From Lingula anatina (taxonomy: Eukaryota; Animalia; Brachiopoda): a stretch of DNA of 64,000 nt. The stretch's first letter is position 1. Every line of letters begins with the position of its first letter. This document shows, one piece after another, positions 1 through 14,217 of this stretch. The notes below the pieces were generated by a model, which saw only the letters and a list, made by a program, of their open reading frames with translations, was not told the origin of the DNA and searched no databases. A program made the translations under genes and the position numbers. Location of the stretch: contig CM120640.1 of the NCBI GenBank assembly GCA_051362555.1, forward strand, positions 51,500,788-51,564,787, given 5' to 3'.

Positions 1-542
1 GTGGTACCATCCTTGCAGAAGATAAGATTTCATGTGATCTTTGAAAAATGTTCAATTCTGTAGGAATGGGTGTTTATTTCAAAATGAATGAAGAAATTAG
101 CATACAATTAGTGACGAAGAACGGTTTTAAAACGCAACACAAGCTAAGCATAATTTTGAGGAATTTACATTCCTTTTAACGGAGTGAAAAATGATATCCC
201 CTTCGAATCATGTTTTACGCGAAAGAGTTCAAAATTGGTTTTAACATGATGTTATCCACATATGCTGTCACCTTTACGCAATATGCAATAGTTCATTAAT
301 TAGTTTGAAGTAGCAAAGTAGTTGAATAATTTATATTCAGTGATTACTTAAAACTACAGTCTGAGTAGCTACAATGACGCAGCAGCCGGTGCACGCAGTA
401 TGAATGAGTTGTCAGCTTTTTGAAGTGATGGGAACTATCTCAAGAAAATTCTAAACGACAGGTTCAACACAATGTGATGTCTCATCCTTGACCCAAAGAT
501 GGAGTCCGTAAATTCTCCATGACAACATGGATCCGAGGCGAA

Positions 543-663
543 TATATAAGGGCGCGCCCTGTGAGAACTTGGTCTTAGGTGTGCGGCACTCGTCAGTGAA
601 GCTGTTTTACCTCTGTCCGCATCTCGGAAGTACAAAATCAGCTTTAGGAGTGTGCCAAAATTA
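543..663 (+). promoter_or_regulatory. Putative TATA box and non-coding first exon of chitin-binding/LamG gene 1
   Basis: TATATAAG at 543-550 and a consensus donor GTAAGT at 664. An acceptor (ttcag) lies near 894-898, just before the ATG at 920. The paralogue has the same layout at 12781-12868. Confidence 0.5.
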
Positions 664-919
664 GTAAGTGCTTTTATAACTACATTTCAACCAGATATCC
701 ATTGAAAATATTCGTAGTCATTTAAATTACCCTATACATACAACTTTATTTTTTAATTTAAGTTAGTTTGCTAGATGACAGAAGGATTTTTTTTGGCAGA
801 TGGGAATTCCATATATTAAGTGCAGAATGACTTAATATATTTATGAATTGCAATTATTCATTTTAAGAACAGCTCAAGATATTTCAATTCTGTTTCAGAT
901 AGGTGAAAAAAAAGGCAAG

Positions 920-3673
920 ATGAAGTGTTTTATTTTACTCGTCACGGTGCACAGCATATTTGCAGGTGTGTACACCACGATATGCTTTAAATTTACCAAA
1001 AATGTAATTCGTAATAATTTACATAAAGAGTTAAATCTTAATTGTTTTCATTAAACCTTGATATTATTCAATTTCAAAACGACGTCAAACTAACAAGGTT
1101 AACTTTGAAATTATAAGAGAATTTAATCTTCATCAGTGACTGTGTTTATTTCAGCCGCAGTGGACTTCACCACCACTACCGAAGGCCCAGTCCGTACGAG
1201 AGGACCCACTGTCTCACCAGCAGGTAGACTGGCTTTTAATTGATCTAATATATTCATCTTAGCTTCCAGTAATAATAGAACGTGATTCTGTTGTAAGCCA
1301 CAAGTTTGACAAATATCATTCTGACTATGCAAGAAAGGTCAATCACAAATAAAAAATAATGTTTGAAACCCAAGATAGAGTAGCAACAACTGTGTCAGAA
1401 TAAGACGTTAAGTATGCAGTAACAAATGTACGTTTTGAGGAACCTGCAAGAAAAATGTTGAAGAAATTATATCGTTGAGGTTTGATTAATAGGGCCATGA
1501 GAAGGCACGCGACCTGTCAGTAAGCCGCTGTCTTGGGATAAAAGTGGCTATGGAAAACCATAGCCCTGCAAGTAGACAACACCGGTAAATTCAGCAGAAA
1601 ATCTTTTCGTCAAAAATAGACATACACCTGTCTAAATACAATTCTAAACGATTTGCGTGTTGGTATATTTTACGCTTTGTAATGCTTTGTAATGCTGTAG
1701 GTTACCAACACCAGTCAGTGACAATTATGAAACGTCATGGTCTGCGACACGTGTGACACGCACATTAAGGGCAACAGGTTACTGAACAGGCCTCTAAATA
1801 ACATTAAAATTGACACATGTCGTATTGGCGTGACAAAAAATAGTTAAAATTTCGTGTTTTATGAAATTTTAGTATAGATATTTTGACCGACCATTTATTT
1901 TTGAATTTCAAATGTTACAAAGTTCACGAGACAGACAACCTATTTAAATTTTTTTGCCATTTATATGACTGCACAGTTGATGTTTATATGGAGAATATTA
2001 ACTTTTTCATTTGTCATAATCATGGACATGGGGATTGCGGAGCTAGGGGGTTTGCCCTGAATACCCTTTCTGCCAAGCACGCCAGTATTTAGCGCGAGAA
2101 GCAGAGGGATAAGGCCAAGCACATTTTTTCTGAATGGTCTCCTGCCCACTCCACTAAAAATTTGCTTCCTACGCGCTTATAAATCCATAAATATAATTCT
2201 ATTTTTCAAAAGAAAAAAGGCAAGTCAAATGTCTCTCATACTCAAGCAGTTGGTGTACAACTTCTTACATTGTTTTATTGTTTTTAGAATTCTGCATCAA
2301 CACCCCACAAGAGCGTAACACCGTCGGATTCTACCCCGATCCTAACGACTGTGCCGCCTTCCTCCAGTGTGACAAGGATGAAACCGGCAAGCTTTACGCT
2401 AACAGAATGCACTGCCCAAGCGGCACCCTCTTTGACATGAGGATGATGACCTGTGTCGCATGTGACATGGCTGAGTGCCCAGGATCCAGAATTCCGTCAC
2501 CAAGGTGTCCACCAGGAGGTGAGTGCAACTCGGTTGTTCAGATTGTTTTGTCAAGAAACAATTATGTGAGAGGGAGAGGGAGAGAGGGAGAGGAGGAAGA
2601 TTGACAAGCAGGTGTTATCATATAGTACAATTTGAACTAAAAAAATTACAAGTGGTGTCAACGAAACTTACATTCAAGGCATTTATAAACCGCATCATAC
2701 TTCTATACTTAAATATATTTTTCTTTTTAATAAGTCGATTTATCCACCACTACCACCACTCTGGGACCCACCACTCTGCCAAGCTTTGGCTCTAGCTGCC
2801 AGGGTCCTGATGGCTGGACATACTTGTCCGTTCCCAACGATGCTCAGATTTTCTACAGGAGCCAGACCATGGGCGGGAACACCACCATTGAGCGTGTGAG
2901 CTGTTTCCCATGGCAGTTTAACACTAACAAGTGCAGATGCGTTGCTGCAGGTGAGATGTGCATTATAAAGCACAAATTATTATCTATTAATAACTACATA
3001 AAACATATGAAATTCAGAGCCGTAATACTAAGTCTTATTTTTATGAAGTTTGGGTGGAAATTGAAGAAACTAAGGGCCCAGTAAATTTTCAAAGTAGATT
3101 TTCACCCACCTTTTCTTTTCTTTCAGGAAAGCAAGCTCTCGCCATGTTCTCATTCGACGAGCACATGAACACAGAGGTTGACAACTTCTGGACTGACTAT
3201 AAAGGCGTTGGTCTTAAGGAGGGTAAAATTGGAAACGCCGCTTACTTCAACGGCTCTGTTCACATGGAAATCCCTAGATTCAACAACTATCCCTTCGGTT
3301 CATCTATGACCATGGCGTTCTGGTATATGTCCCTAGGTACCGGCAAACAGGGCATTCTCAATAACGGAAACTGCCGAGTGGTGCCTACCATCGATTTCCA
3401 CACCAGTGGAAACACACTCACCGGCAAAGTGCTCATTCAGAGTAATGAAACCCTAAACACAGTTGACTTCGTATTCCGTGAGGTACGTTTACCTAAAACG
3501 AAAAATGTTGGGTTTTTGTCTCCCCAACTTTACCAAAATTATTCTTAACCGATATCTTACAGAAAAGAAAGAAGCAAAAAGTGTTTATGTGTTCCTAGGG
3601 ACGTAGAGAAAAAGGAATAAACAATGATTAAACTTGCTGACCAAGCTGACCCGACAACATGTATATACTAACT

Positions 3674-3727
<54 letters not shown>

Positions 3728-4647
3728 AAGATCTATGAAAAATTGTAATTACCAATTTAAAAATTGTTATTTCAGATGCCAACTGGGTTCAATCATTTCG
3801 TAATGACATATGATGGCTTGAAGTTGCGCGCTTACCTCAACAAGCAGATGCAGTATGAGCAGATTGCAGTTGGTGAGTGTGGTTGTGATAACTGTCGAGG
3901 TGGGCAGTGGCATAGCACAACAAGCACATTGTACTTCATTGAGCTGCAGATGTTAGAAGTGGTTTGAGTAAATATGTTGGAGGAGCATTTATGTTTTACA
4001 GTATAAAGCTTAACTGAAACTAAAGTTTGTGTTAGTTTTTTTTTTTTTATTAATTATGTTATGGTTCTACCACCCCTGTGTTTCTGGTCGAATTTTAGTC
4101 CTTTGCATAGTGGGTACAGTAACGTTTTAATTAACAATTTTCATTTTCATAATACAGGAGCAATCCCAGCCACCTTGGCTCCTCTGAATTTAGGAAAGGG
4201 AATGGACTGTAATGGGGAAAACCACTTCTACGGGTACATCGATGAGGTAGGTTTCCACAAATCACAGACCTCAAATAAACAAACAAATAAAAAAAAATGA
4301 AAATCCAAATTATCCAAATAAACCTTTTTTAGTACAGAAAAAAAATCAACATTTTCTCCTCATTTTGGCCATGTCATTATTTATACATTCATAAAACGTT
4401 TTCTTACAGTGATTCATATCGCCGGCGGAAGGGGTCGTAACAGAAAAAAATACGTACCTTATCATTTTAAAACGAATACTGTTGTTTGTTTGCTGTTGGT
4501 ATGCCAGGAAGAACTTTATGTGTGGGAAAAACATATGTATCTCTCAATTTATCTTTTTTATAGTTCCAAATATACGACCGTACCTTGTCGCAGGGTGAGG
4601 TGGACGCCATGTTTGACGGAGCTCGGAACATCAAAATCCAACCTTAG
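920..4647 (+). CDS. Secreted chitin-binding type-2 (peritrophin-A) + laminin G/ConA-like domain protein, Pif/BMSP/LamG3-like, paralogue 1 (~395 aa)
   Basis: Exons 920-965, 1155-1223, 2288-2518, 2735-2950, 3127-3482, 3776-3872, 4158-4246, 4564-4647. All introns are GT-AG and phase-consistent; total 1188 nt ending in TAG. Signal peptide MKCFILLVTVHSIFA. ChtBD2-type Cys pattern FC..GFYPDPNDCAAFLQC..HCPSGTLFD..TC, then a Thr-rich linker and a 4-Cys module. LamG3-like hallmarks FSFDE, GKIGNAAYFNG, NHFVMTYDG, FYGYIDEFQIYDRTLS. AATAAA at 4977. Confidence 0.88.
3677..3726. repeat. Compound (CA)n(GA)n microsatellite in an intron
   Basis: Directly visible. Confidence 0.95.
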
Positions 4648-7600
4648 ATCTCGATTCTGACACCCTTTTCATGACATGAGTTTCAAACGGAAAATTAGGG
4701 TGCAATGTGTTTGTACTGTTCCAAAGGAGAAAGAGGAGGAGCAGAGGCCATTTAAATATGAAACCATAGACTTGTTATACTACTCAAAGACGAAATTATT
4801 TTTGTGCAAGCCTCAAGGCTATCTTTATAACTTAGTTTCTCCTACACATTTTTCAAAATTCAACTCTTTTGAAGACAATTATCCATACACTTGAAGTAAA
4901 AGTGGCAAAACAGCTGTTATTTGTATTCTTTATAAACCATACCTGAAATCACAAACTGTAGGTAGATCAGATATTGAATAAAATATCAACAGGACGTAGA
5001 AGAGGTTATATATGTAGAAGTAGTTTAGTAGCACTTTAATATATTAGAAGTAGTGGACAATACAGCAATATCTTGTACAAATGTCACAGTGGAATCACTG
5101 TCAGTAGCATCGATTTTGGTGAAGATTTAAAAGGAAAAAAAAGAGAAAATGATTGTGATAAATTGATGACGACGCAGGGATAAATAGCACCTGCTGCTGA
5201 CTCATTCCGTGGCAGACACACCACCAACAACAACGACGAAAGAAATGCGAAAACTACGTATTGTTTTTGAAAAGGAAAAAGACTGTTGAATGAAGATTAT
5301 ACTACGGCACGAATGCTAGATACTCCAGCATGCTTCTTCCAGGTACCGAATAGATGTTTAATCACGGACCCTGGGGTGTTCTTCATGAAAAACATCACAA
5401 TCTTATGGTTAAACCAGCTTCTTATGTGAAAGGGAGAGTAAATGACAGCATTTTTGTACATTGTTCTCAGGCAAAATTAATAAGTAGCATATGCAGATGA
5501 ACTATAAGTTTCGTGACATCAAACGGTATGGAAGTAAGGGCAATCAACAATGGCGGCGTTGTTTTTACTGTATAGGGGAATGGTCGGTCACCACTGCTAT
5601 TCTGCCAGACTGTTCTATGGACTTGGAGACTGAATTTTACGTAGGTCGCAAGGTTCGCGGGAGGCATGCTGTTAAATCATACTTAATTGCATTCACCACG
5701 CAGCCTTTACCGTAACGTAATCCATTACCATTAGGTATATAATTGTATATTAACGAGAGCAATAAACGCAGATCATGACTGCCTCAATTTACTTGGTTTG
5801 TGTCGTCAGGTACAGTAATTGCTGTTTGGCAAGCTTTGAAATCGTTGCTGACAGTACATTTCGTGTCGTACTTCATTTTCAACTTCTCACATGCTCACCA
5901 AGTGTGGAAATTACGTTACAGTAATATGTAAGAGAGAAAACACTCATTTCGTGTCCCATTTACAGCAGGGAAGGAAAGACAACCGTGAGACGCATATTAA
6001 ACTTGTGAACTGCTTTGATTTTGTACATTATATTTACTTCCTATATATTCGGTGGATATTGTTCATTTCTTGTACATGAATAGTTCTTGTCTTTATTTCT
6101 GTGCTCAATTTGCATAAGCTAGTAGCGCTACAGAAACCCAAGAGAAAGAAGAAATGTCATTTTATTTTACGTCGGTGTCCTTTTTTAAATACGTGTTCAT
6201 GCACCTAACGCCCACTATCTCTAACCCCAACAGAGATAACCTTTTCTATCTTAGTGGAATCAGCACTAAATAAAGTATAATCAATCCCTTTTTTTAATGT
6301 CTGGATCTGATCTGCATCTGAGGGGGGCTTCTTGATTTATCTGTAAACTGACGTGACCCATACGACACGAACAGGGACAGTATGGCGCGTGTTCACAAAA
6401 GCTCCCGCCGTGTCTTAAAAAAATCCTTCCAGACAACGAAAACCGTCAACTCCGTCTTAGATTAATTCACCGACCCTAAAGCCAAACTATGGACTGAAGA
6501 CCAAAATAACGTCAAATCTTGCAAGAATGAATGAGTACAGAAACTAGCCGCCCCCATGATGAGTAGACAGGAAAGTGAAAGTTCAGCTGCAGGTCCTTTG
6601 AAAGTACATACGTCAATCTGTAATGGCAGTTTAACACACGACCTGGCAAAAAAAAAGGCTTTGATAAAATAACCTACATCTGCAACGTATGTTCTCCACT
6701 TCGTTTTTTTAAATGTGGCAGCTAGGCTGTTTCTCGGACATATTTTTCGATTAATAATAAGATTTAATCTATCGATGAAAGTTGGTGGTCAACCTGAGTA
6801 AGTTTTGACCCTTACCGATACAAAATCAAATGAAATACAGATCCAGCAACGATAGAAATTCTGATGCAGTAGGTGTCCAATGCTTAGAGCGGCCGACCGC
6901 GATATAGTGTGCATGTATTTACAATACCTCGGTGAAACACTTACACCATAAAAATAATTTACTACACATATTCTAATGAACGTACACAGGTATAAAAATA
7001 CATGGGCATGTGACAGTTCAGCTCATCGATAGTAAGGAATCTGGTTTGATGGTCTCGTTTGCCATTTGCTGCTTGCAGTTTGTCAACCCAACATTGACCT
7101 TTATGAGTGGACTCAACGCAGAGAGCAGACTTACTAACATCTGAAAGATTAAGGGCTAACACCTGCATGTCACCTAGCTTAAAAATATATTCGTTAAAAA
7201 GCATCACTTGTATGGCACGGTCAGGTACTCGGTGTTCTTGTGGAACAATGTGACAGTGTCACTGTGTTTGATGATAGTGAGGTCATCTACACAATCGAAT
7301 AGAAGTGCAAGTATGTGTAATTTATGACTGCATCATCACAATGCGGGCATAGTTTTATCACAGTTTTAGAACGACATAGCGTAAGATGGCCCTAGGTTAA
7401 CCGCTGTATACAATACCTGTATAGTTTTTTTTCACATACCAAAACGGCATAACGTTAAGATCGCCTTAGATTGACCGGTGATTGCACTCAAAATGTATTG
7501 GAAACCCCGACTTTGTTGATATGTTGGCGATAACCGCATGTGTCCGATAGATAATGGCAGACAGCATACACCAATGTAATAGAACGCGATAACAGGGCGG

Positions 7601-10600
7601 CTAGTCGGTGAAACGAAAAGTTCGCGTCCAGCAGGGAGACTGAAAGAGTGGTGACTGTAAGCATATTTCGCTTTCGTCTATTCGTCAAGTAAAAACAATG
7701 GACTTTGTACACAGATTTACATGTAAGGAATTCAAAAACCGATTGTTCTCGACCAAATATGAATTTCCAATTAAAAAATCGATCCACTTTTTATTCGCCT
7801 GCTTTTTGAACATTACACTAAAATTATATTATGATTGGGGGTAATCATGGGCATTACCATTACTCTTTAAAGTTAATGTGATGGAGTAGATAAGTCTCTT
7901 CAAAAACAAGGCACCTGCAAAGTTTGGGAAGCTGAAGCTGATTCCGCTTTTTCAAGACACAAAGCGTGTAATAAATGGAAGACAACATGAATAAAGGGGA
8001 CTAGACGAGGGGGGGGGGGTACGTTTTGAAATCTTAAAAACATTTTCCTATGGGGAAATTATATCCTTTAACGAGAGACCACTAATTCGGATATATCATT
8101 TTCCCCCTACCTTTACGTAAATAGGCCGCAGTTTGATTTATTGTTTGGCTGTCATCATTTGGTCCATGAATACAAGCATTGTGATTTCTGTGCGCATCAT
8201 TCTTTCCCGCGGTTGTTCCTTTTCTATAGGTAAAATTATTGTATATTTCCGATAAATACCATTAGATAAAGAAGGTTTCAATTTTTCCCAAAATGCATGA
8301 AAAACATGAATATTCAAAATATATCAGCTTTCTTTCTTTTTAGAAAATGAAGCGTGTACACCTTTATATAAGTCAATATACAAGTTATTACTGCAAATAA
8401 TTTTTTAGGAGTAAATTAATTTCTGCATGCATTTCCACTAACCTGTATCTGATACACTCGTGTCAACTGACAGAGGTCGCATACAATATATATAGATAAT
8501 AGGAGATAGTTCTTATTTTTCATCTTTATCAATTTCAACATTTTATCTATTTTCCAGAGAAACATCGTTTATTATATAAAATGATACATAGAATAAAACA
8601 AACTTGCCATGTAGAAAATATGCAGCATTGATGGGAGTAGAAATGGTGTGTCACACAAAAAAATTACATCAGAGACATATTATCTTTCGGCTATATTTTC
8701 TTCGATATTAACGAAAAATGAGTAAATTCGTTGAATAAGGAAAAATGAATTTTGGCAGACGATATGTTTCTTGACCAGCTGTTACTTTTGTATGAAAAAT
8801 TAAACGTGTTTCTTTGAAATTAGCACAAAAAACCATACACTGAATCTATCCTAAATTGTATAAAGCAAAGCAATTGCATTTCTTATTTTATCATTCGTTA
8901 TATGCTGTATTTTCGATACAAAAATCATTAGGGCGTTTCTTCACACACAAAATATCTAAATTTGGTATGAACTGTAAGTTCGAAATTTTATTCAACGCTG
9001 AACCAGGCCCAGATTTTAATCATAAGTTCACTGTATCCTATCAGTAATTTTAGTGGAAAGTGAGGCTCAATGGAGATAGATGAAAAATAAAATAGAATGA
9101 TATTTAGTGTAACACCACAAATGTATTTGTCATCGACTACCCTTTCTTTTTTCAGTTTGCAAGAATAATGAAAAGCTTTAAAAATGCTAATTACGCTCAA
9201 ACTCCCCCCCCCCATACCCCCCCCCCCACACACACACACACTCACATACACACCTATACATTGGCGCTTACGCGTACACGTGGTTGTGGTCGTCGAGTTT
9301 GGTCTTATAGGTGGACCACTTACCAGCCAGATGGTCTGTGCTGGACATGATGCAAGTGCAGAATATATGACCATGACAACACTTATACGTAAACCGACAA
9401 CTCGTAAGCTATTTTTGATGGAATTTAAATGACAAGTCTCTAGATAATTCACAGATAAATCTACAAACCTTTCTCACTGAAATTAAAAACCAGTTTTTCT
9501 TCATTAATGCCACTAATACATAGCATGACACGCCCTGTCTTTTTTTCTTTTACATTCCAAAAAAGTCTGTTCTTTCTATTATTAAAACTATGACCACCTT
9601 ACTACATGCACTTCCAAGGAAGGAATCACCCGGATGACGTGATATCCCAATGACCACCAAAAATGCCATAACGTAAACATTGTTTGTAGAGATTTTCAGT
9701 GTGTTCGGAATTAAAAGGAAATCGTGTCCTGGTCATGCGTTAAGAATGTGTGGTGACAACTGTAAACGTTTCTTTGCAAAATCGATGCCTTGTTACAAGG
9801 AAACAACCCACCTGATACTGATGAGTCTTGTTTGTGCACATATAAGCGTGGGCATTCAAACATAAGGAAACGGGGTTCTACGGTTAACCTAATGCATTGA
9901 GGCGCCAATGGGGATTTAATGTATTATCAAAATCCTTCTTGACAAAAATCATCTTCATATATCATTTCAGTCGACAAAGTACAAATTCATGCCACATGTC
10001 GTGCCACAGAATTGCGTTATTTGTTTCTGAATTCGGTGTAATTTTCAGGAAAACAATCCTCTGTCTTTTTGTGATCTAGAAATAGAAATTCGACAAGGTT
10101 AATAGTGGTAATATGACAGCAAAATGATGGAGGGCAAGCAGACAACAGTTTTATTGGTTATAAATATATATTTTCACCCTTGCGATAAGGCATGTTTAGA
10201 ATTTCACCTTCTAATACGTCTATTAAGATAGACAGCGTTGACAGTCATCTATACCAGTGCGCTTAGAACTATGTAAATTTCTTGAATGGTTTGTCAAATC
10301 ATCATATTGCACCGGGATGTTTTTTTTTGCTAGTTTCATTCCTTATTCTTATTCATATTACGAATGTTATAGCCGCACAAAAGTTAAGCAGATATTCTCA
10401 TTTCACGGATTTATGTATTTATGTAATCTTAACTTGAAACACCAGTGCTCAAGAATTCGATAGCTTTGGATCTGTTTAGTTACCCTCACAGGCCCCTAGC
10501 TGCGCCACTGTTGGGTTTTGAATATATGCACCCTGCTTGTGTTTAGAAAGAAGCAAAAGTCACTTTTTTACCTTCATATAGTACATACACTGGACGTGAT

Positions 10601-12780
10601 TAGTTTCTAAAAAAAGTAAGCATTTTAAGAACTAAAATGTGATCTAATTTTTGAAAGTCAATATTAAGTTCAAGAACGAAAATGCGAGAGGCGGCATGAA
10701 TAATTTTTTTTGAAAAAGTAATATCTTAACCATATCCCTAGGTGTGTGTGAGAGTGTGTCTATGTGTATATAAATATACATGCAGCTGAACTATGATTAT
10801 CCTGACTCCGTCTACTTGACTTCCACCTATCTCTAACGGCATATTAGTTGATTGGCGGGACCACGCCAAAAAGTCTTTCTGAACTTCTTTAGTAACTTTT
10901 GCCACTGTTTAAGTAGTCAGATCTATACATGAGCCCAATCTGCGTGACACATGAGCTTCTTTTGCTGCCATGCTATTTGAATAAAATATTTGTCCAATCT
11001 TTTACACAAAATGTCATACTTTGACAATATGTCATCAAAATGATAAGTCTATTCATGAGAAAAAATTACCAATGCTTTCTTTATTTAGCGGTTCAGTCCA
11101 CTTTTACATACGTGCAAATGATGTGCTGCTATTTTTAAAATCTTTTTTAGAAAACTTGAATTTAATTGGAATGTTTTTTCATTTCTTTTTCCGTAATTCA
11201 TACATATCCATTCAATTTTTTACTAAAATGTTTTCAATTCTTTTTGAGATTTCAATGTGTAGATGCACCAACAATGCAATAATTCATCGGAGAGTGTTAA
11301 AATCAATTTTCATCGTCATGCCTTTAGAAAGTACTGAATATTAACACTACAGTTTATTCAGAAAATGGTGCATAGAATTACTTATAAAAAGGTGTCAAAA
11401 CCCACATAAGAATCATCATCATATTCATATTATGTATCCTTTTAAGGTGGGAAATGCATTTTATAAATTGTTATACATCTTTTCTTCGCGTTTATTGCCC
11501 ATCTCATGAACGGTACGATAAGCACGAGTTAGTAGTGTTAATGCTCTTTTATATAGCTACTGGGTAGGCTGATGCCATAATGGCAAGGGTCACTGGTAGA
11601 CTGGTAGAGTTAACAGAGAAAATGAAATAGAAAAAAGTTAGTTTGATTTTAATTTATCTTGCAGATAGCACATTATACTTTTTGCATGCCACCTTGGCAA
11701 GGTCAAAATGTTTTACATAAGACGACGTGCATTAAGAATTTCATTCATCCTAATGATCGTTTTATCCATTCTAAGATCAGAAAGTTAAGGTCGTTCATCT
11801 TTGTTGTACCCATCAACTGTTAATTCTATATCAAACATTTTACAGTCAAATGGGACCAGCAGCATTAAGTGCCTGCAGGAGTACTTACACAATTTAAGAA
11901 GAAAAATCGTGATTTTTAATGTACATACTAGCTAAAAAGATTAAAGAAAATGGCACCGTTTTATCCGACAGTGTCGAAATAGCACCAACGAATAAATCAA
12001 ACCTCAATGTTGAATTTTACTGACCTTCATCGTATGCAAATGCAAGTCGAGATTATTATTCGAGTGTTCCCCTGATCAAGTGATTTCATCTTTTGTCTCA
12101 TACCCTTAAAACAGCACTAGTAATAGTACCGAGGCAGAGCAGTAGGAAGAAAAAAGAGGAACAAGACAGTTTGAATTCGACGTGTATTTATCAGATAGTG
12201 TAAGCATGTTAAACACGTGGGCAGTACTTTCACCTACAGTTGTATGTTTCACCTTCGAGCCGAAGAAAAGGGTACTTCATCGAAATTAGGACAAGTGCAA
12301 GCACCTTGACCCAATTGAACTCTTGAAGTATTAAAGATTACCACAAAGAATGTAACTCTTTAAAAAGATTAATTGATGTTTCTTTTCAAGTTGTTCTGAA
12401 TGAGGAATTCTATTGACTTCTGCGAGCCCTCTCTTCCTGGTACAGGCAACGGCATTGACAGCCAATAAAGGATAGCCCAGCAATTTTTTGCTCTCAATAA
12501 TTTGCCCCACGTCAAAGACACATTTACTGTGACCCTTAAAACAATAAATTTCCCATTTGAGAGGTCGCTTTCCATGTATAACAAAGAGGCGTATTATTGT
12601 GGCCCCTTGCTATTATAACACTACTGGTTTGAGCTTCGATGTGCGTGTCCCACACCCATCATATGACGAGTAAGGGATCTTACACGGTGCGCCTCAGTTC
12701 CAATAAAGACAATTGTTTCAAATCTGGTGTGATTCGTTAAATGCATTTTTATGAAAATCAGTCCCTGTCTTGGTTCCGTC

Positions 12781-12868
12781 TATAAAAGCCGTTCTTCAGC
12801 TGAATTGGCCATCCAGAACCTCAGGTTTTTCAGCTGGATCGGATCAGTTCGCAGGCCAAAAAGGACAG
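12781..12868 (+). promoter_or_regulatory. Putative TATA box and non-coding first exon of chitin-binding/LamG gene 2
   Basis: TATAAAAG at 12781-12788, donor CAG|GTATGT at 12868/9, and a polypyrimidine acceptor tattttacag ending at 14210, 7 nt before the ATG. Confidence 0.55.
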
Positions 12869-14217
12869 GTATGTTATGACTGATCAGTATGCGGGTTACA
12901 TAATGATTATTTTTTTGTACAATATGCATGAAACCACACGCGCCAGGTATAAAATTGCTTGTGAAAAAAAAAAAACTGAAATAATTTTTTTCTTCGGGAT
13001 AAAGAAAGATTATTATAATCTTACAGCTTAGCATACTGTTGATTTTAATAAAAAAACACTTTAAAACTGTCTATGTGAAAAAAATAATAAATAGATAAAA
13101 GTAAAATTATCTGAAATTGGATTTTTTAAATTTTTTTACCGAGTCTGCATTTTCATATACTTGAAATTTTGAAATATTGTTTATCTATTGATATGAATTT
13201 TGAAAAACTATACTGATGATATTTTAAAATCAAATAACATAATTTTTGTCAAAAGACAAAAAGTGGAAAAAGTATTTCCTTATCGAAATTATTCCATTTT
13301 CAATTGTGAATGGGGTTAAAGAGCATGAAATAAGAAATCAAAGGCGGAGAATCTAAGCTGTCAACCACACTTGAATTTGCGTGCAAGGAAACATAAGCAG
13401 GGAAAGTAGGCGTGAAAACAGGTATTAGAATATAGCTAACGGACAGCATCGCTATTAATTCGTCTAGGCCAAACAGATTGATAAAATAAGGAAAATGTCT
13501 ATAAAACTTTAGAGCCAAATTTTTTGAAAAAACAAAATATACTGCTCGGTAATTGAGAATCTTTACGTGGCAAAAATCTCAACTTACTTTCATCGTATTA
13601 AATTTCAAGATTTATAATACGCTTTAAGTGTAACATATTTTTCCTATTTTAAAATTAAAAAGATTAAATTAAAAAAGATTAAAGCTGTACATATGTCAAA
13701 CAGAAAGGAAAGCCTCCCTCAATATTTCTCATCTTCTGTTGAGAATGTTAAAAAGTCAGTGTGGTTTCTCAAGATTAATTTATTTCCTGACTCTTTTCAA
13801 AGGACCTCCTTCGTAAATTGGCTATATGCCAATTCTGGTTTTTTCCCCTTATTAATGTTTTTTTTTTTCAACACGAAGTTAATCTATCGCACCATATCAC
13901 GTAATAGTAAGTTCGTGGCATATAGCACGCCCTCTGCTTTAAAAAAATCGTCATATTCCGCAGTGGTGTAATCCTGTTATTGGTCAAAATCGTTCAGAAG
14001 GGCGTTTGAGGTTTAAGTTCCCGTCATAGCCATTATATAAAATAAAGTGATCTACCTGGATAAAGCTGATTATTCTCTCGGCAAGAAACGTCAAAAATGC
14101 CCATACAGGCATAAAAACGATTAGGATATGATAATCATTTTAAACAACCCGCTCCCTAAGAGGTGATTTACAATAAGATGGTTTAAATCTTACCTTTATT
14201 TATTTTACAGTGCCAAA

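Noticed and set aside
2030-2180. Possible hAT-like MITE remnants (also ~10490-10510 and ~52580-52740)
   Set aside because: Too degenerate; I could not establish paired TIRs and a TSD.
5000-12700. A third chitin-binding/LamG paralogue between the two genes
   Set aside because: No exon with the shared motifs was found; the listed ORFs look non-coding.
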